Source: Eledone cirrhosa
Taxonomy: Eukaryota
Assembly: GCA_964016885.1 (NCBI GenBank)
Contig: OZ024741.1
Coordinates: 73,966,001 to 74,030,000 of the forward strand
Direction: 5' to 3'
Length of the DNA: 64,000 bases
The position numbers and the translations under genes were made by a program. How positions within the stretch are numbered: the first letter of the stretch is position 1; each line of letters starts with the position of its first letter. Under the pieces are notes generated by a model. The model saw only the letters and a list, made by a program, of their open reading frames with translations, did not search any database and was not told where the DNA came from. Positions 40,126 through 52,974 of the stretch are shown in pieces.

Positions 40126-41336
40126 TATATATATATATATATATATTTATCTATATATATATATATATTTATCTATATATATATATATATTTATCTATAT
40201 ATATATATATATTTATCTATATATATATATATATTTATCTATATATATATATATATTTATCTATATATATATATATATTTATCTATATATATATATATAT
40301 TTATCTATATATATATATATATTTATCTATATATATATATATTTATCTATATATATATATATTTATCTATATATATATATATTTATCTATCTATATATAT
40401 ATATATTTATCTATATATATATATATATATTTATCTATATATATATATATATATTTATCTATATATATATATATATATTTATCTATATATATATATATAT
40501 ATTTATCTATATATATATATATATATTTATCTATATATATATATATATATTTATCTATATATATATATATATATTTATCTATATATATATATATATATTT
40601 ATCTATATATATATATATATATTTATCTATATATATATATATATATTTATCTATATATATATATATATATTTATCTATATATATATATATATATTTATCT
40701 ATATATATATATATATTTATCTATATATATATATATATTTATCTATATATATATATATATTTATCTATATATATATATATATATTTATCTATATATATAT
40801 ATATATATATTTATCTATATATATATATATATTTATCTATATATATATATATATTTATCTATATATATATATATATATTTATCTATATATATATATATAT
40901 TTATCTATATATATATATATATTTATCTATATATATATATATATATTTATCTATATATATATATATATATTTATCTATATATATATATATATATTTATCT
41001 ATATATATATATATATATTTATCTATATATATATATATATATTTATCTATATATATATATATATATTTATCTATATATATATATATATATTTATCTATAT
41101 ATATATATATATATTTATCTATATATATATATATATATTTATCTATATATATATATATATATTTATCTATATATATATATATATATTTATCTATATATAT
41201 ATATATATATTTATCTATATATATATATATATATTTATCTATATATATATATTTTATATTTATCTATATATATATATATATATTTATCTATATATATATA
41301 TATATATTTATCTATATATATATATATATATTTATC

Positions 41337-41367
<31 letters not shown>

Positions 41368-41715
41368 CTATATATATATATATATATATATTTATCTATA
41401 TATATATATATATATATATTTATCTATATATATATATATATATATATATTTATCTATATATATCTATATCTATATCTATATATATCTATATCTATATATA
41501 TCTATATCTATATATATATATCTATATATATCTATATCTATATATATATATATATCTATATCTATATCTATATATATATCTATATATATCTATATCTATA
41601 TATATATCTATATATATCTATATCTATATATATATCTATATATATCTATCTATATCTATATATATATATATATATCTATATCTATATATATCTATCTATA
41701 TCTATCTATCTATAG
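40126..41715. repeat. TTTATC(TA)n / TATC(TA)n tract
   Basis: Visible; ~18-22-bp periodicity. Confidence 0.98.
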
Positions 41716-44700
41716 TGTGTGATGGTTATTTGCGAGGCCCGGATCAGCAACGTGCGACAGCTGGCCCCCACCTTTGATGACTTTGAGATGCACGCATCTC
41801 TGTCAGCCCGGAGGTGGGGGTGGAGTTGTCGTTCTGCTGCAAAAACATCTGGGTCTCGCAACACAGATGGTACATTTGGACCCGGAGGGTCGACTAGTGG
41901 TTCTGGACCTTGGCAGTGGTAAAGGCGGAGCGTTTAGGTTGGTAGCCGCCTACGGCCCTTTCGGGTCAATGCGGCCGGACTTCTTCCATCGTCTGGAGAC
42001 TTTTCTAGAGACGTCTCGCTCATTGCTATTAGTGGGGGACTGGAATGGTATCCTAGATGCACGCTGGGACTACGTAGGGGCCTGCCCCGACAGAGAGGGG
42101 TGTAATAGCCTCAAAGGGTTAATCGGTCGATTTGACCTGGCCGATAGATATCGACTAGATTTTCCGACTGCGCCAACCTGGACTTGGGCAAATCGTAGCG
42201 GATCATCTAGGTCGTACCTAGATAGGTTCTTAGTTAGAATTAAGGATAAGGACTTTTTAAGTTGTCCAAAAATGCGCATGGTTGGCTATTCAGACCACAA
42301 ATTAGTGACCTGCATGGTCAACCTTGACAGAACTCATAGACAGGGCCCCGGTTACTGGAAGCTCAACTTGTCCTTGCCGGCAAGTAGAGCCTACAGGAAT
42401 CGGATTAGTACGTTAGTTAAGGAACGGTTGACTGGAGCGATCGTCAACAGCAGGTGGTGGGTATCTCTAAAGAGAGAGATTAGAGTAGTCTCGATAGAAT
42501 TTAGTAAGGTTCTAGCTGCGGATAGGAATAGGAAGGAAAGGGAGCTAATAGTTAGAGTAGAAGAGGCAATTAGAAGCGGCGACGTGGCCAGAGTGCTAGC
42601 GTCGAGAACGGCTTTGAGCCAGTTTTTTTACGCGAAGCATGAAGGCTGCGTTGTCCGAAGTAAAATACGTGCTCTAGGGAACGAGGGGACCAAAGCTGTT
42701 GGCTGGGCCCACGTGACAGAGGCCAACAGTGGAACTAAATCCACCATCCGGTCTTTGCGAGACCTGGATGGACGGGCAATTCTTGAGCCTAAGCATATGT
42801 GTGAGGCCTTTCAAAGGCACTTTGCCCGACTGTTCGGGAGGGGCGGGGAGCCGGTTGGGAACGTGGACTTCGGTCCATACCTCGCCGGCCTGCCGCGCCT
42901 CTCGGACAGGGAGGCGAAGTCCTGCGAGGAGCCAATTTCAGCCGCTGAGATAGAGGACGTGCTGAGCCAATGCGGCAAAACGCAAATCCCCGGGTCTCGA
43001 TGGTCTTCCTTACGAATTATATCTAGCTATGCCGGACTTGTTCCCCGATCTCCTCGAGGCGGTCTACTGCAACTGGCGACAGAACGGGAGAATTCCCTGT
43101 ACTGTGACCAAGGGAGTAGTCATGCTAGTGAGGAAGGACGAGAACAAGGGGGACGAAATAAGTAACTTCAGGCCCATAACTCTGCTAAATACAGAGTTAC
43201 AGATTTTGGCCAAGGTGCTAGCAAAGAGGTTGGCGCTTGTCGTGGGCAACCTGGTGGGAGATGCGCAGACATGCGCTATCCCGTCCAGGTCCATCCATGA
43301 CAACCTCCACCTCATGCGATACATCATAGAGAGGGTTGGGAACGAACCCGGCTTTGGTGGGGCTCTGATCAACTTGGATCAATCTAAGGCGTTCGATAGG
43401 GTCGACCATGGTTACCTGGATGCGGTGCTAGCGGCGGCAGGCTTCGGACCCGTTTTCAGGGGCTGGATCACTGCTATGCACAGCAGCCGCATCTGCTCTA
43501 GGGTCAAGGTGAACGGCTACCTCTCGGAGCCGTTCAAAATCGCGCGGTCCATCCGACAAGGGTGCCCTCTCTCCTCCCTTCTGTATGTGTTGACTCTCGA
43601 GCCACTACTGCGGAAGTTGGAGTTGTTGCAGGGCATCCCTTTGGAACCGGGATTGCGGAAAGCGGTGTCGGCCTACGCCGATGACGTGACAGTAATGGTG
43701 TCGACGGCCTCCGAAATCGAGGCGGTCGGCACCTTACTGGAGGAGTACGAAAAGTTTACAGGGGCTAAGCTGAACCGGGACAAGTCGATCGGTTTGCAAC
43801 TCGGCACGTGGAGGGGCAGACCGATGCCCTCCGATTGCGTCGTCGGACGCTGGACGGAGGGCCCGGTGAAGTTGGTCTGGTTCGGACCGGACCTCCAGGT
43901 GGAGAAAAACTGGGCGGAGGTTACGAACAGGGTGTTTGCACTGACCCAGAAGTGGGCCAGTTGCAAACTATCCCTGAAAGGTCGGGCGGAGGTGGCGAAC
44001 ACCTACATAGCGTCCGTCATCTACTACCGCCTGACCGTAGTGCCCTGCCCAAGGGAAACCCTCACCAAGATGGAGCGCGCGCTCTTCCAATTCCTTTGGA
44101 AGAGGCGGGCTCCTATGGTGAGGAGATCCATCTGCTGTCAACACCCTTCGAAAGGGGGGCTGGGGATGCCGTGGCTAATGATGCGTAAACACGCATTAAG
44201 GCTACGGCACCTCTACGTATTCCTCACCGGACAGCCGGTGTGGGCCTCGTTTGTGAGACCAACCTTTCCCAGACTCGTCTCGCTCACCGAGCTGCAATCC
44301 TGGGTCAAGGAAAGACCGAGAAAACTGGGCGCCTGGCACACTGAGTGTGCCCAGGCGCTCACCGCCCTCTGGCAGGCGGATCTGGTTATCAGTGGAGACT
44401 CCACCGCAACATTCTATAGAGGGCTGGTACGCAGCAGGTGCGACGACGCCCTCGGAGAAGCCCTAGACATGGAGGAGGACGAACTGGCCAGCCTGTTCGG
44501 TAGGACATTCAGCCCGGGACCTATGGACAACTTCCAGAAGTCCCTGGCCTGGCAGTGCTACCGAGGAGCTTTACCCGTTCGAGAAAGGCTCTACAGACAC
44601 GGTCGCTCGGGTAGGGACCCGCCAAAAAGATGTGTCCCAGATGCGTGTGCGACGAGGAAACCGTTGCACACGCATTGGTACACTGCTCGGGCGTAGCCGA

Positions 44701-45320
44701 TCTGTGGGGCTATGTCGAACAACTGCTGTCAAGGGTGGGACCGATCCGGTTGACCACCGAGTCTATTGTAATGATCAAGCCGCCTCCCCCTTCAAAGATG
44801 AAGCAGAGGCGGTGTTTCTGTGCGTAATAGCCATGGCGAAAGAGGTTGTATGGTGGACGCGTCTGAAAGGACTGAGGTCAGGCACCTTTCTCTCTGGCCA
44901 ACAACTGGTCCGTTTCTTCCGATATCATTTCGGAAGAAGGATCAGGATGGAGAGAGAGGTGCTGCACCCCAGCCGTTTTTATGAAAGATGGGTGAAAGTG
45001 GCGAGAATGGCCCGTGTGAATGGGCCTTCACTCTACATCAGACTATAGGTGAGGAAGATGAAAGACCAAGGGAGCACCCCTTCTCTGTGCTCCTGAGGAG
45101 AAGGGTTGCACACTTTTTTCGGGGGTGTGTGCGACCCCCCAAGGCGCCTCCTCTCTATTGAGGATTTTGTTAAAAATTTTATTTTTTGTTATATCTTATT
45201 TTATTTTTATATTTTGTTATTGCCTCCTCCTTATTGAGGACGCCTTTTTGTGTAAACTCCCCCCTTTGTACTTGTCCCACTTTTGATGCCCTAGTGGCAA
45301 ATAAAAGAAACATATCTATA
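41716..45320 (+). mobile_element. 5'-truncated Tx1 LINE (copy 2), ORF2 frameshifted
   Basis: ORFs 41774-43165, 43029-44696 and 44632-45048; 3'UTR and tail homologous to copy 1. Confidence 0.92.
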
Positions 45321-45344
45321 TATATATAGATAGATATCTATATA

Positions 45345-45705
45345 TAAAACCCTTTTTTCCCACTACAAGCCGAATATTACATAAAAGAGGGACATCCCCC
45401 AACTATATAAACCTTAATCTAGTTAGAAAAATATAAAAACAATCTCTTCTCAACATATATTAATAACCTTAAATTACCACACTAATAATGGAAAGATATG
45501 CTGATGAGAATAGGTGCAAATATGCGATAATGAATGTGTCTAAAAACGTCCATAAGTATGTATATATATGTGAAAGTGTATATAAATAAGTAAATATATA
45601 TATATGTTTGATGTGTATAGTTAGATGTAAGTGTATTCATGTATTAAAGTGCTTATATATATGTGTATATATATATGTATATATATATATGTATATATAT
45701 GTGTG

Positions 45706-45736
<31 letters not shown>

Positions 45737-45745
45737 GTATATATA

Positions 45746-45796
<51 letters not shown>

Positions 45797-46640
45797 GTAT
45801 ATGTATGTATCTATGTGTATATTGATGTGTATGTATGTATGTGTATGTGTGTACACATGGACTAGAGTAAGTATGTATATATGTGTGTGTCTATACGTGT
45901 GTATATAAAGATAAGTTGAGTATGAAAATGTATACACATGAGCGCGTATGTATGTACATGAATACGTGTGTATATATATGTGTATGCATGTGTATATATA
46001 TGTAAGTATGAATATGTGAATTGTGAGTATATGTATTTTGTAGAGGTGTGCATATATGTTTGTGTGTGAATGTGTGGGCGAACGGATACGTACACTTGAA
46101 AGAAAAATTTAAGTCTGAATGTTAATTAAGTGCAAACACAAAACCAACCACGCATATCTTTACTATCTCTAATCCTTCTATAGATTTAGAAAAATAACCA
46201 ATAATATATTCTATAAAAAATGTCAAAACAACAGATGGGAATCTAATTACTCACTGCCACCAAGAATTCTCACTGCTATCGAAAAACCACTCCTTCAACT
46301 ATTCTTCTAACAACTTCACCCCTCCCTCCTAATATTCTCTATAAAAACTAAATAGGTTCTCAGTAATATTATTCTGATGAAATGACAGTAAATAATAACA
46401 TTGAAATATTGAATGTCTGCATAACTAAAAGTTTGTAGATAGCAGCTGTTTTAGGTTATGTAACTGTTATAGAAACACGTGTCAATAAATTCCTTTCAAC
46501 TAAACTGTATCCATTCAAATCTTTCTATTTTTCTCCGGATTACTTTTGGAACTACAACTGGAACCGTCGAGCAAACTCTACGTGAGCTGATAATCTACTG
46601 TGTGTAATATTTATATTACAACACAACGGAAAATACTGTA
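45345..46640 (+). mobile_element. Non-coding PLE-type terminal segment (solo pseudo-LTR-like) carrying hammerhead motifs
   Basis: No ORF; hammerhead at 46369-46488 with AATAAA and then a TA tract, the same layout as other PLE ends here; decayed motif at 45497. Confidence 0.55.
46369..46488 (+). ncRNA. Type I hammerhead ribozyme with extended stem II
   Basis: ttatt-CTGATGA-a-atgacagt..~72 nt..actgttat-a-GAAAC-acgt-GTC-aataa. Confidence 0.85.
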
Positions 46641-47417
46641 TATATATATATATATATATATCTATATATATCTATATATATATATCTATATATATCTATA
46701 TATATATATCTATCTATATATATCTATATATATATATCTATATATATATATATCTATATATATATATATCTATATATATATATCTATATATATATATCTA
46801 TATATATATATCTATATATATATCTATATATATATATCTATATATATATATCTATATATATATCTATATATATATATCTATATATATATATCTATATATA
46901 TATATCTATATATATCTATATATATATATCTATATCTCTATATATATCTATATATCTATATATATCTATATATATATATATATCTATATATATATATATA
47001 TATATATATCTATATATATATATATATCTATATATATATATATATATATATATCTATATATATCTATATATATATATATATCTATATATATATCTATATA
47101 TATCTATATATATATATATCTATATATATATCTATATATATATCTATATATATATATATATATCTTAAATGTAAGTATGTATGTATACGTACATACATAT
47201 ATGTATACAGACGTACAGTAGCATGTATATATATATATATATATATATATACATACATGCAGTTTTTCAACTTATTTTTCAACTTGTTTTTCAACTTATC
47301 GTTTTCGGTATGCCTGACCGATTTAACTCACTCAATATGCAAATTAGGCTGCTCAGCCGTTAATTTTCATAAGGAAAGTATATACTTTCGAACGTTCAAC
47401 TATCTGGCAGATGGGTA

Positions 47418-47462
47418 AACGGTGCTGATGATAGCTAACAAGCTTGAAACTAGTACATCGTT
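47418..47462 (+). ncRNA. Minimal type I hammerhead ribozyme
   Basis: aacggtg-CTGATGA-t-agct-aaca-agct-t-GAAAC-ta-GTA-catcgtt. Confidence 0.88.
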
Positions 47463-47888
47463 CCTGTGTCAGTGTTGAACAAAAAGGTGACGTGGTTGCC
47501 TCAACACCGTATGGCATAAATTCAGGCTGTTCAGTTTGTTGACAAACGAACAAAGCAGCGCTATAATAAGCGCCTGCTAAACTGATGCGTGCATGTATGT
47601 ATGTGTACCTGCATGTATGTATATATATATATATATATATATATACATGCTACTGTACGTCTGTATACATATATGTATGTACGTATACATACATACTTAC
47701 ATTTAAGTAAGTGCCATACTAAGAGTGAGAAATGAAATTTCGTTTTTCGTTTTCATTTTTTTCAACTTATCGTTTTCGGTATGCCTGACCGATTTAACTC
47801 ACTCAATATGCAAATTAGGCTGCTCAGCCGTTAATTTTCATAAGGAAAGTATATACTTTCGAACGTTCAACTATCTGGCAGATGGGTA

Positions 47889-47933
47889 AACGGTGCTGAT
47901 GATAGCTAACAAGCTTGAAACTCGTACATCGTT
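47889..47933 (+). ncRNA. Minimal type I hammerhead ribozyme (second copy)
   Basis: Same as 47418 except stem III loop tc. Confidence 0.85.
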
Positions 47934-48086
47934 CCTGTGTCAGTGTTGAACAAAAAGGTGACGTGGTTGCCTCAACACCGTATGGCATAAATTCAGGCTG
48001 TTCAGTTTGTTGACAAACGAACAAAGCAGCGCTATAATAAGCGCCTGCTAAACTGATGCGTGCATGTATGTATGTGTACCTGCATG

Positions 48087-48123
<37 letters not shown>

Positions 48124-48775
48124 GCTACTGTACGTCTGTATACATATATGTATGTACGTATACATACATACTTACATTTAAGTAAGTGCCATACTAAGAG
48201 TGAGAAATGAAATTTCGTTTTTCGTTTTCATTTTTTTCAACTTATATATATATCTATATCTATATATATATCTATATATATATCTATATCTATATATATA
48301 TATATATATATCTATATATATATCTATATATATATATATATCTATAGATATATATCTATATATATAGATATAGATATCTATATATATAGATATATATATA
48401 TATATATATAGATATATATCTATATATATAGATATATATCTATATATATAGATATATATCTATATATATATAGATATATATCTATATAGATATATATATA
48501 CATCTATATATATAGATATATATCTATATATATAGATATAGATATATAGATATATATCTATATATCTATATATATAGATATATATCTATATATATATATC
48601 TATATATATATATATAGATATATATCTATATCTATATATCTATATATATCTATATATATATATCTATATATATATATATAGATATATATCTATATCTATA
48701 TATCTATATATATCTAATATATAGATATATATATCTAATATATAGATATATATCTATATATATATATAGATATAT

Positions 48776-50875
48776 GATTTCATTCTGGTGAGGAAAAAGT
48801 GGCGGAATAGTGTTCTGAAAACGGAACCATACAGCTATTTCAGTACACTGGGTAGTGACCACTGGCTTGTTATGAGTGAGGTCCGCGTGAGCTTAAGTAA
48901 GAGCAAGGCTCAGCCCGGAGAACAATCTATGACTGGGGAGCTTTCAAGGAAGATAAGCTACAGGAGAGGTTCACAGTGGAAGTAAGAAACAGGTTTAGTG
49001 CTCAGTGTGAAGAGTCAGAGGAGAGAGAGATTGGATGGACTGAGGAGAGTGTGACGAGGAGGTACGGGCACTTCACCAATGCAGTGGCGAAAGCAAGTGA
49101 AACCCTGGTGCCGAGGAAAAAGAACAAAGGGAAGCACGTCAGCTCTGCAAACCCAAAGGTGTGTGCAGCCAGAGAACACCTGAAAGCTGCCAGGGACCAA
49201 TTCTATGCTGATCCTACGGAGGAGAGGATGGAGACTGTGGAGGTGATGAGGGAAGAGCTCTGTACCGCTTACACTGAGGTCAGAGAGGAGGCACTGGTCG
49301 AGAAGATCAGAAGTGTGGAGAGAGCGGTTGACAGAGCTGGATGATCATCAACGAGATCACAGGGAGGAAGAAAAGGTGTTCGAGTCAGATCCAGGGAACG
49401 GGGCCCGAGGATAGGAAGAGGAAATGGCTAGACCATTTTAGGACCCTACTAGGAGAGCCACCCTCCACAGCCCAGAGCACAGGGGAGATCAGGCGGCTGT
49501 TTGAGGAACTGGATGTTGAGACAGAGCCCTTCACCAGAGAGGAGCTTCAGAGAGCCAAGAAGAAGATCAAGGAGGGCAAGGCTCATGGAGAAGATGGAGT
49601 GGCATCAGAGGTGATGAAGAGATGATTCTTAACAGGATCCAGCCTGAGATGGAGAAGAAGCTCAGGGACAACCAGAACGGCTTCAGAGAGGGTAGATCAA
49701 CCACCAGTCGCATCCTGATGCTGAGGAGGATATTAGAGGGAGCTAGAGCAAAGTGCCTTCCTGCGGTCATGGTTTTCATTGACTTTAGGAAGGCCTTTGA
49801 TTCTGTGGACCGTTACTGCCTGATGAAGATCTTACAGGCTTATGGAATCCCCAAGAGGATAGTGGACCTGATATCACTGCTCTACACCAACACCAAAGCC
49901 CAAGTCATTACACCTGATGGGATGACGGAGTTCTTTGAGATACTGGCTGGAGTGCTCCAGGGAGATACATTTGCTCCCTACCTTTTTATCATCGTAGTGG
50001 ACTATTGTATGCGCCTTGCACTGGAGAAACACCAGGACTCTGGCTTTACTGTAGCACCGGCTCAGAGCAGGAGAGTTGGGGCGAAAAAGGTATCGGATGC
50101 TGAATTTGCCGACGACATAGTTTTGGTGACAAATACAGTGAAGGAGGCAGAGGATTTGATGCGGGAGGTTGAGACTGTGTCGATGAGTGTGGGGCTGAGA
50201 ATGAATGAGACTAAAACAAAATATCTGGTAGAGAATGTTGAGAAGCCAGAGGGGATCACTAATGTAGGCGGGAAGCCGCTGGAATTGGTTGAGGACTTCC
50301 TGTATTTGGGAGCAAAGATTGGGAATACGGAGGATGATGTGGTTGAGAGGAAGAGCAAGGCCTGGGCGGCGTGCCACAGCTTGAGATCGGTGTGGAAGTC
50401 GGACCTTCATAGAGACCTGAAAATCCGCCTCTTCATTGCTGTAGTGGAGTCTGTGCTGCTGTATGGGTCTGAGACTTGGACACTGACCAAGAAACTCACT
50501 CAGATGGTGGATGGGTGCTACACGAGAATGTTGAGGATGGCTCTGAACATTAATCAGTATACACTGAGGATGAAAAACTCAGAGCTGTATGGGAGCATCC
50601 CAAGAGTCAGCTCAAAAGTGACACAGAGGAGACTGAGGTTGGCTGGACATGCTCACCGACATCCAGAGTTGACATTGCACTCAGTGCTCCTTTGGGAGCC
50701 CCTGCATGGACACACTAGAAGAGGAAGACCAAGGTTAACATATGTTGATGCCCTAAGGACAGACACTGGTCTGTTGGAGATGCAGGATATGGCAGCGATA
50801 ATGAGGGACAGAGACCGCTGGAGAGAACTCGTCCATGGATCTCGGGAATTTTACCCGCCTTAGATAGATAGATAT
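48776..50875 (+). mobile_element. Second RTE-group LINE family, 5'-truncated and internally deleted, (TAGA)n tail
   Basis: GSDHWLV, QNGFREGRST, IDFRKAFDSV, GVLQGDTFAPYLF, FADD, LLYGSETW, RLRLAGH; ORF stop runs into the tail. Confidence 0.9.
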
Positions 50876-50942
50876 ATATCTATATATATATATCTATATA
50901 TATATCTATATATATATCTATATATATATATCTATTAAAATA

Positions 50943-51018
50943 ACAGATTAAAGTTTAAGCAAAGAATCGCTGCTTTCACCCTTAACGGGATCTTCTGAAA
51001 CTAACAAAGTCAATCTGT
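50943..51018 (-). ncRNA. Type I hammerhead-like ribozyme with CAGAAGA core
   Basis: acagatt..agttt-CAGAAGA-t-ccc-gttaa-ggg-t-GAA-agca..tgct-T-aaact..aatctgt. Confidence 0.7.
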
Positions 51019-51171
51019 AAACGCAGAACTGGATATTTCAAAAAACGTTGCAACCGGAGGAAGACAGGAAGACGATACTTTGGTTCGTGGTAACGTTCGC
51101 TGGCAAAGAACGGGAAAAAACGAATAATACGTCATTAATAGGAGAGGTGAAAAACAAAGGATTCTAACGCC

Positions 51172-52974
51172 GTGCACGTCCATTCCGACAAAACTGGCAA
51201 CCTATATCAAGTGGAGCGCAGTACTTACCATCAACTACTACATAATGCTGTAACTAAGGATTACCGTAAAACTAATCGGTGCGTCATCAATGAAATCAAT
51301 GATGCTGGGTATAAAATCACATCTGATCTCAACATCCTGGACCGGACCGAACCTCTGGACCCTATCTCTCCCCACTTTACCCTGAAGGATCACAAATCCA
51401 ATTTTCCGAACAACCCCTCTATTCGGCTTATTAACCCTACGAAGTCCGATTTAGGTAGACTTAGTAAAACGATTCTTGATAGAATTATACCTGAAATTAG
51501 AAGTTTGGCCCCTCTCGCACTGTGGAACAATTCTTTCGCGGTGATTGATTGGTTCAACGGCATATGTAACAAGGAACATTGCCGTTTTATCCAATTCGAC
51601 ATCAACAATTACTCCTCCTCCATCACTTTACCACTTCTCCTTAGAGCTATCAATTTCGCTAAAACACTCACAGTGGTTAAGGATTTTGAAGTTGATGTCA
51701 TCCTTAATGCCCGAAAGTCGGTGATTAATTTCGACGACTCTATTTGGATTAAAAAATCCAATAGTACCCCATTCGACGTGAGTATGGGCGCCAGTGACTC
51801 TGCGGAGGTTACTGATCTTATTGGCCTTTTCCTTCTTTTCTCTATCAAGGACGAATTCCCCAACGCGGGCGGTGGTTTGGACCGTGACGATGGTCTTTTG
51901 ACCATGACTAAGTGCGGACCTCGTGCTTGCGACAGGTTCAGAAAAGAACTCACAGCCTTCTTTAAAGGCTTCAACCTCTCTATACAGGTTGAGGCCAATC
52001 TCTCGGTCGTTAATTACCTCGACGTTACCCTCAATTTATTGAATGGGTTGTATTACCCGTATAGAAAGCCGAATGATACGCTTAATTACATAAGTAAGCA
52101 TTCCAACCATCCTGCCAGCATAACCAAGAACCTGGTAAGAAACGTTTCGTTGAGGCTTTCCCGTCTTTCCACCAACGAGCGCATTTTCAACGACCATTCC
52201 ACTTATTACAATGAAGCTCTTGCTCGAAGTGGATTTGTCGATAAGGTAGCATATACAGAGTACGAAAATAGACCTAGAAGAAATAGATCCCACCGCATTT
52301 GTTGGTTTAACCCACCATATAATATGGAGGTGGCCACACCATTAGCTAAGATCTTTCTTTCCCTTATTACGAAGCATTTTCCCCCTACACATAAATATAG
52401 TAAAATTTTTAATAGAAATACTATTAAGATTTCTTACTCTACGACTCCTAACCTTGCACATAACATCACAGCTTCAAATTTAGCTAAACTACCTAGCCGT
52501 AGGAACACGTGCAACCCTGTAGTTAGTACTAACTGTAATTGTAGGAATCGGGCTGATTGCCCCCTATCCGGGAAATGCCTCTCTAGTAACATTGTCTACA
52601 AATGTAAGGTTGTAACACCCACGTCCCGTAGGGCCTACATAGGGTTAACCGCCAATAGTTTCAAGCAGCGTCTTTACATGCATACCCATTCTTTTCGTTA
52701 CCCTCTAAGAAGGAATATGACGTCACTTTCAGCTTATATCTGGAGTCTAAAAGACAACCACACCCAATATTAGTTACACTGGGAGATCCTAGCTAGGGCT
52801 AGATCGTATAACGGAAATAAAAGACCATGTGACCTCTGCGCCGCTGAGGCCCTGGAAATACTCTACGCTACAGACCACATCTTAAACAAAAAATCTGAGG
52901 CAATTTCGGCTTGTAAACATAAATTGCACAAAACTTTCCTGTATTACAGCCCCATGTTATACCCTAACGGATAG
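51172..52974 (+). pseudogene. PLE RT + GIY-YIG with an in-frame TAG (52771-52773) and YRDD changed to DRDD
   Basis: SDKTGNLY, FIQFDI, FDVSMGASDSAEV, CNCRNRADCPL, IVYKC..YIGLT; frame continues after the TAG as LHWEILARA..CDLCAAE..LNKKSE..CKH to 52974. Confidence 0.85.

Larger units (their letters stand above)
47164..48245 (+). mobile_element. Non-autonomous retrozyme/PLE-like element: tandem ~471-bp hammerhead-containing units with a 5' inverted segment
   Basis: Direct repeats ~47291-47761 and ~47762-48245; 47164-47262 is the reverse complement of 47609-47707; TA tracts on both sides. Confidence 0.8.

Noticed and set aside
30674-47418. Ile/Tyr-repeat ORFs (30674, 40084, 46600) and apparent IY-RT fusions (26814, 32614, 35388)
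   Set aside because: Translation artefacts of (TA)n tracts that happen to be in frame with 5'-truncated elements
52771-52773. In-frame stop in a Naiad-type ORF as possible selenocysteine recoding
   Set aside because: The codon is TAG, not TGA, and is not at a Cys position; the same copy also has YRDD changed to DRDD, so ordinary decay is likelier
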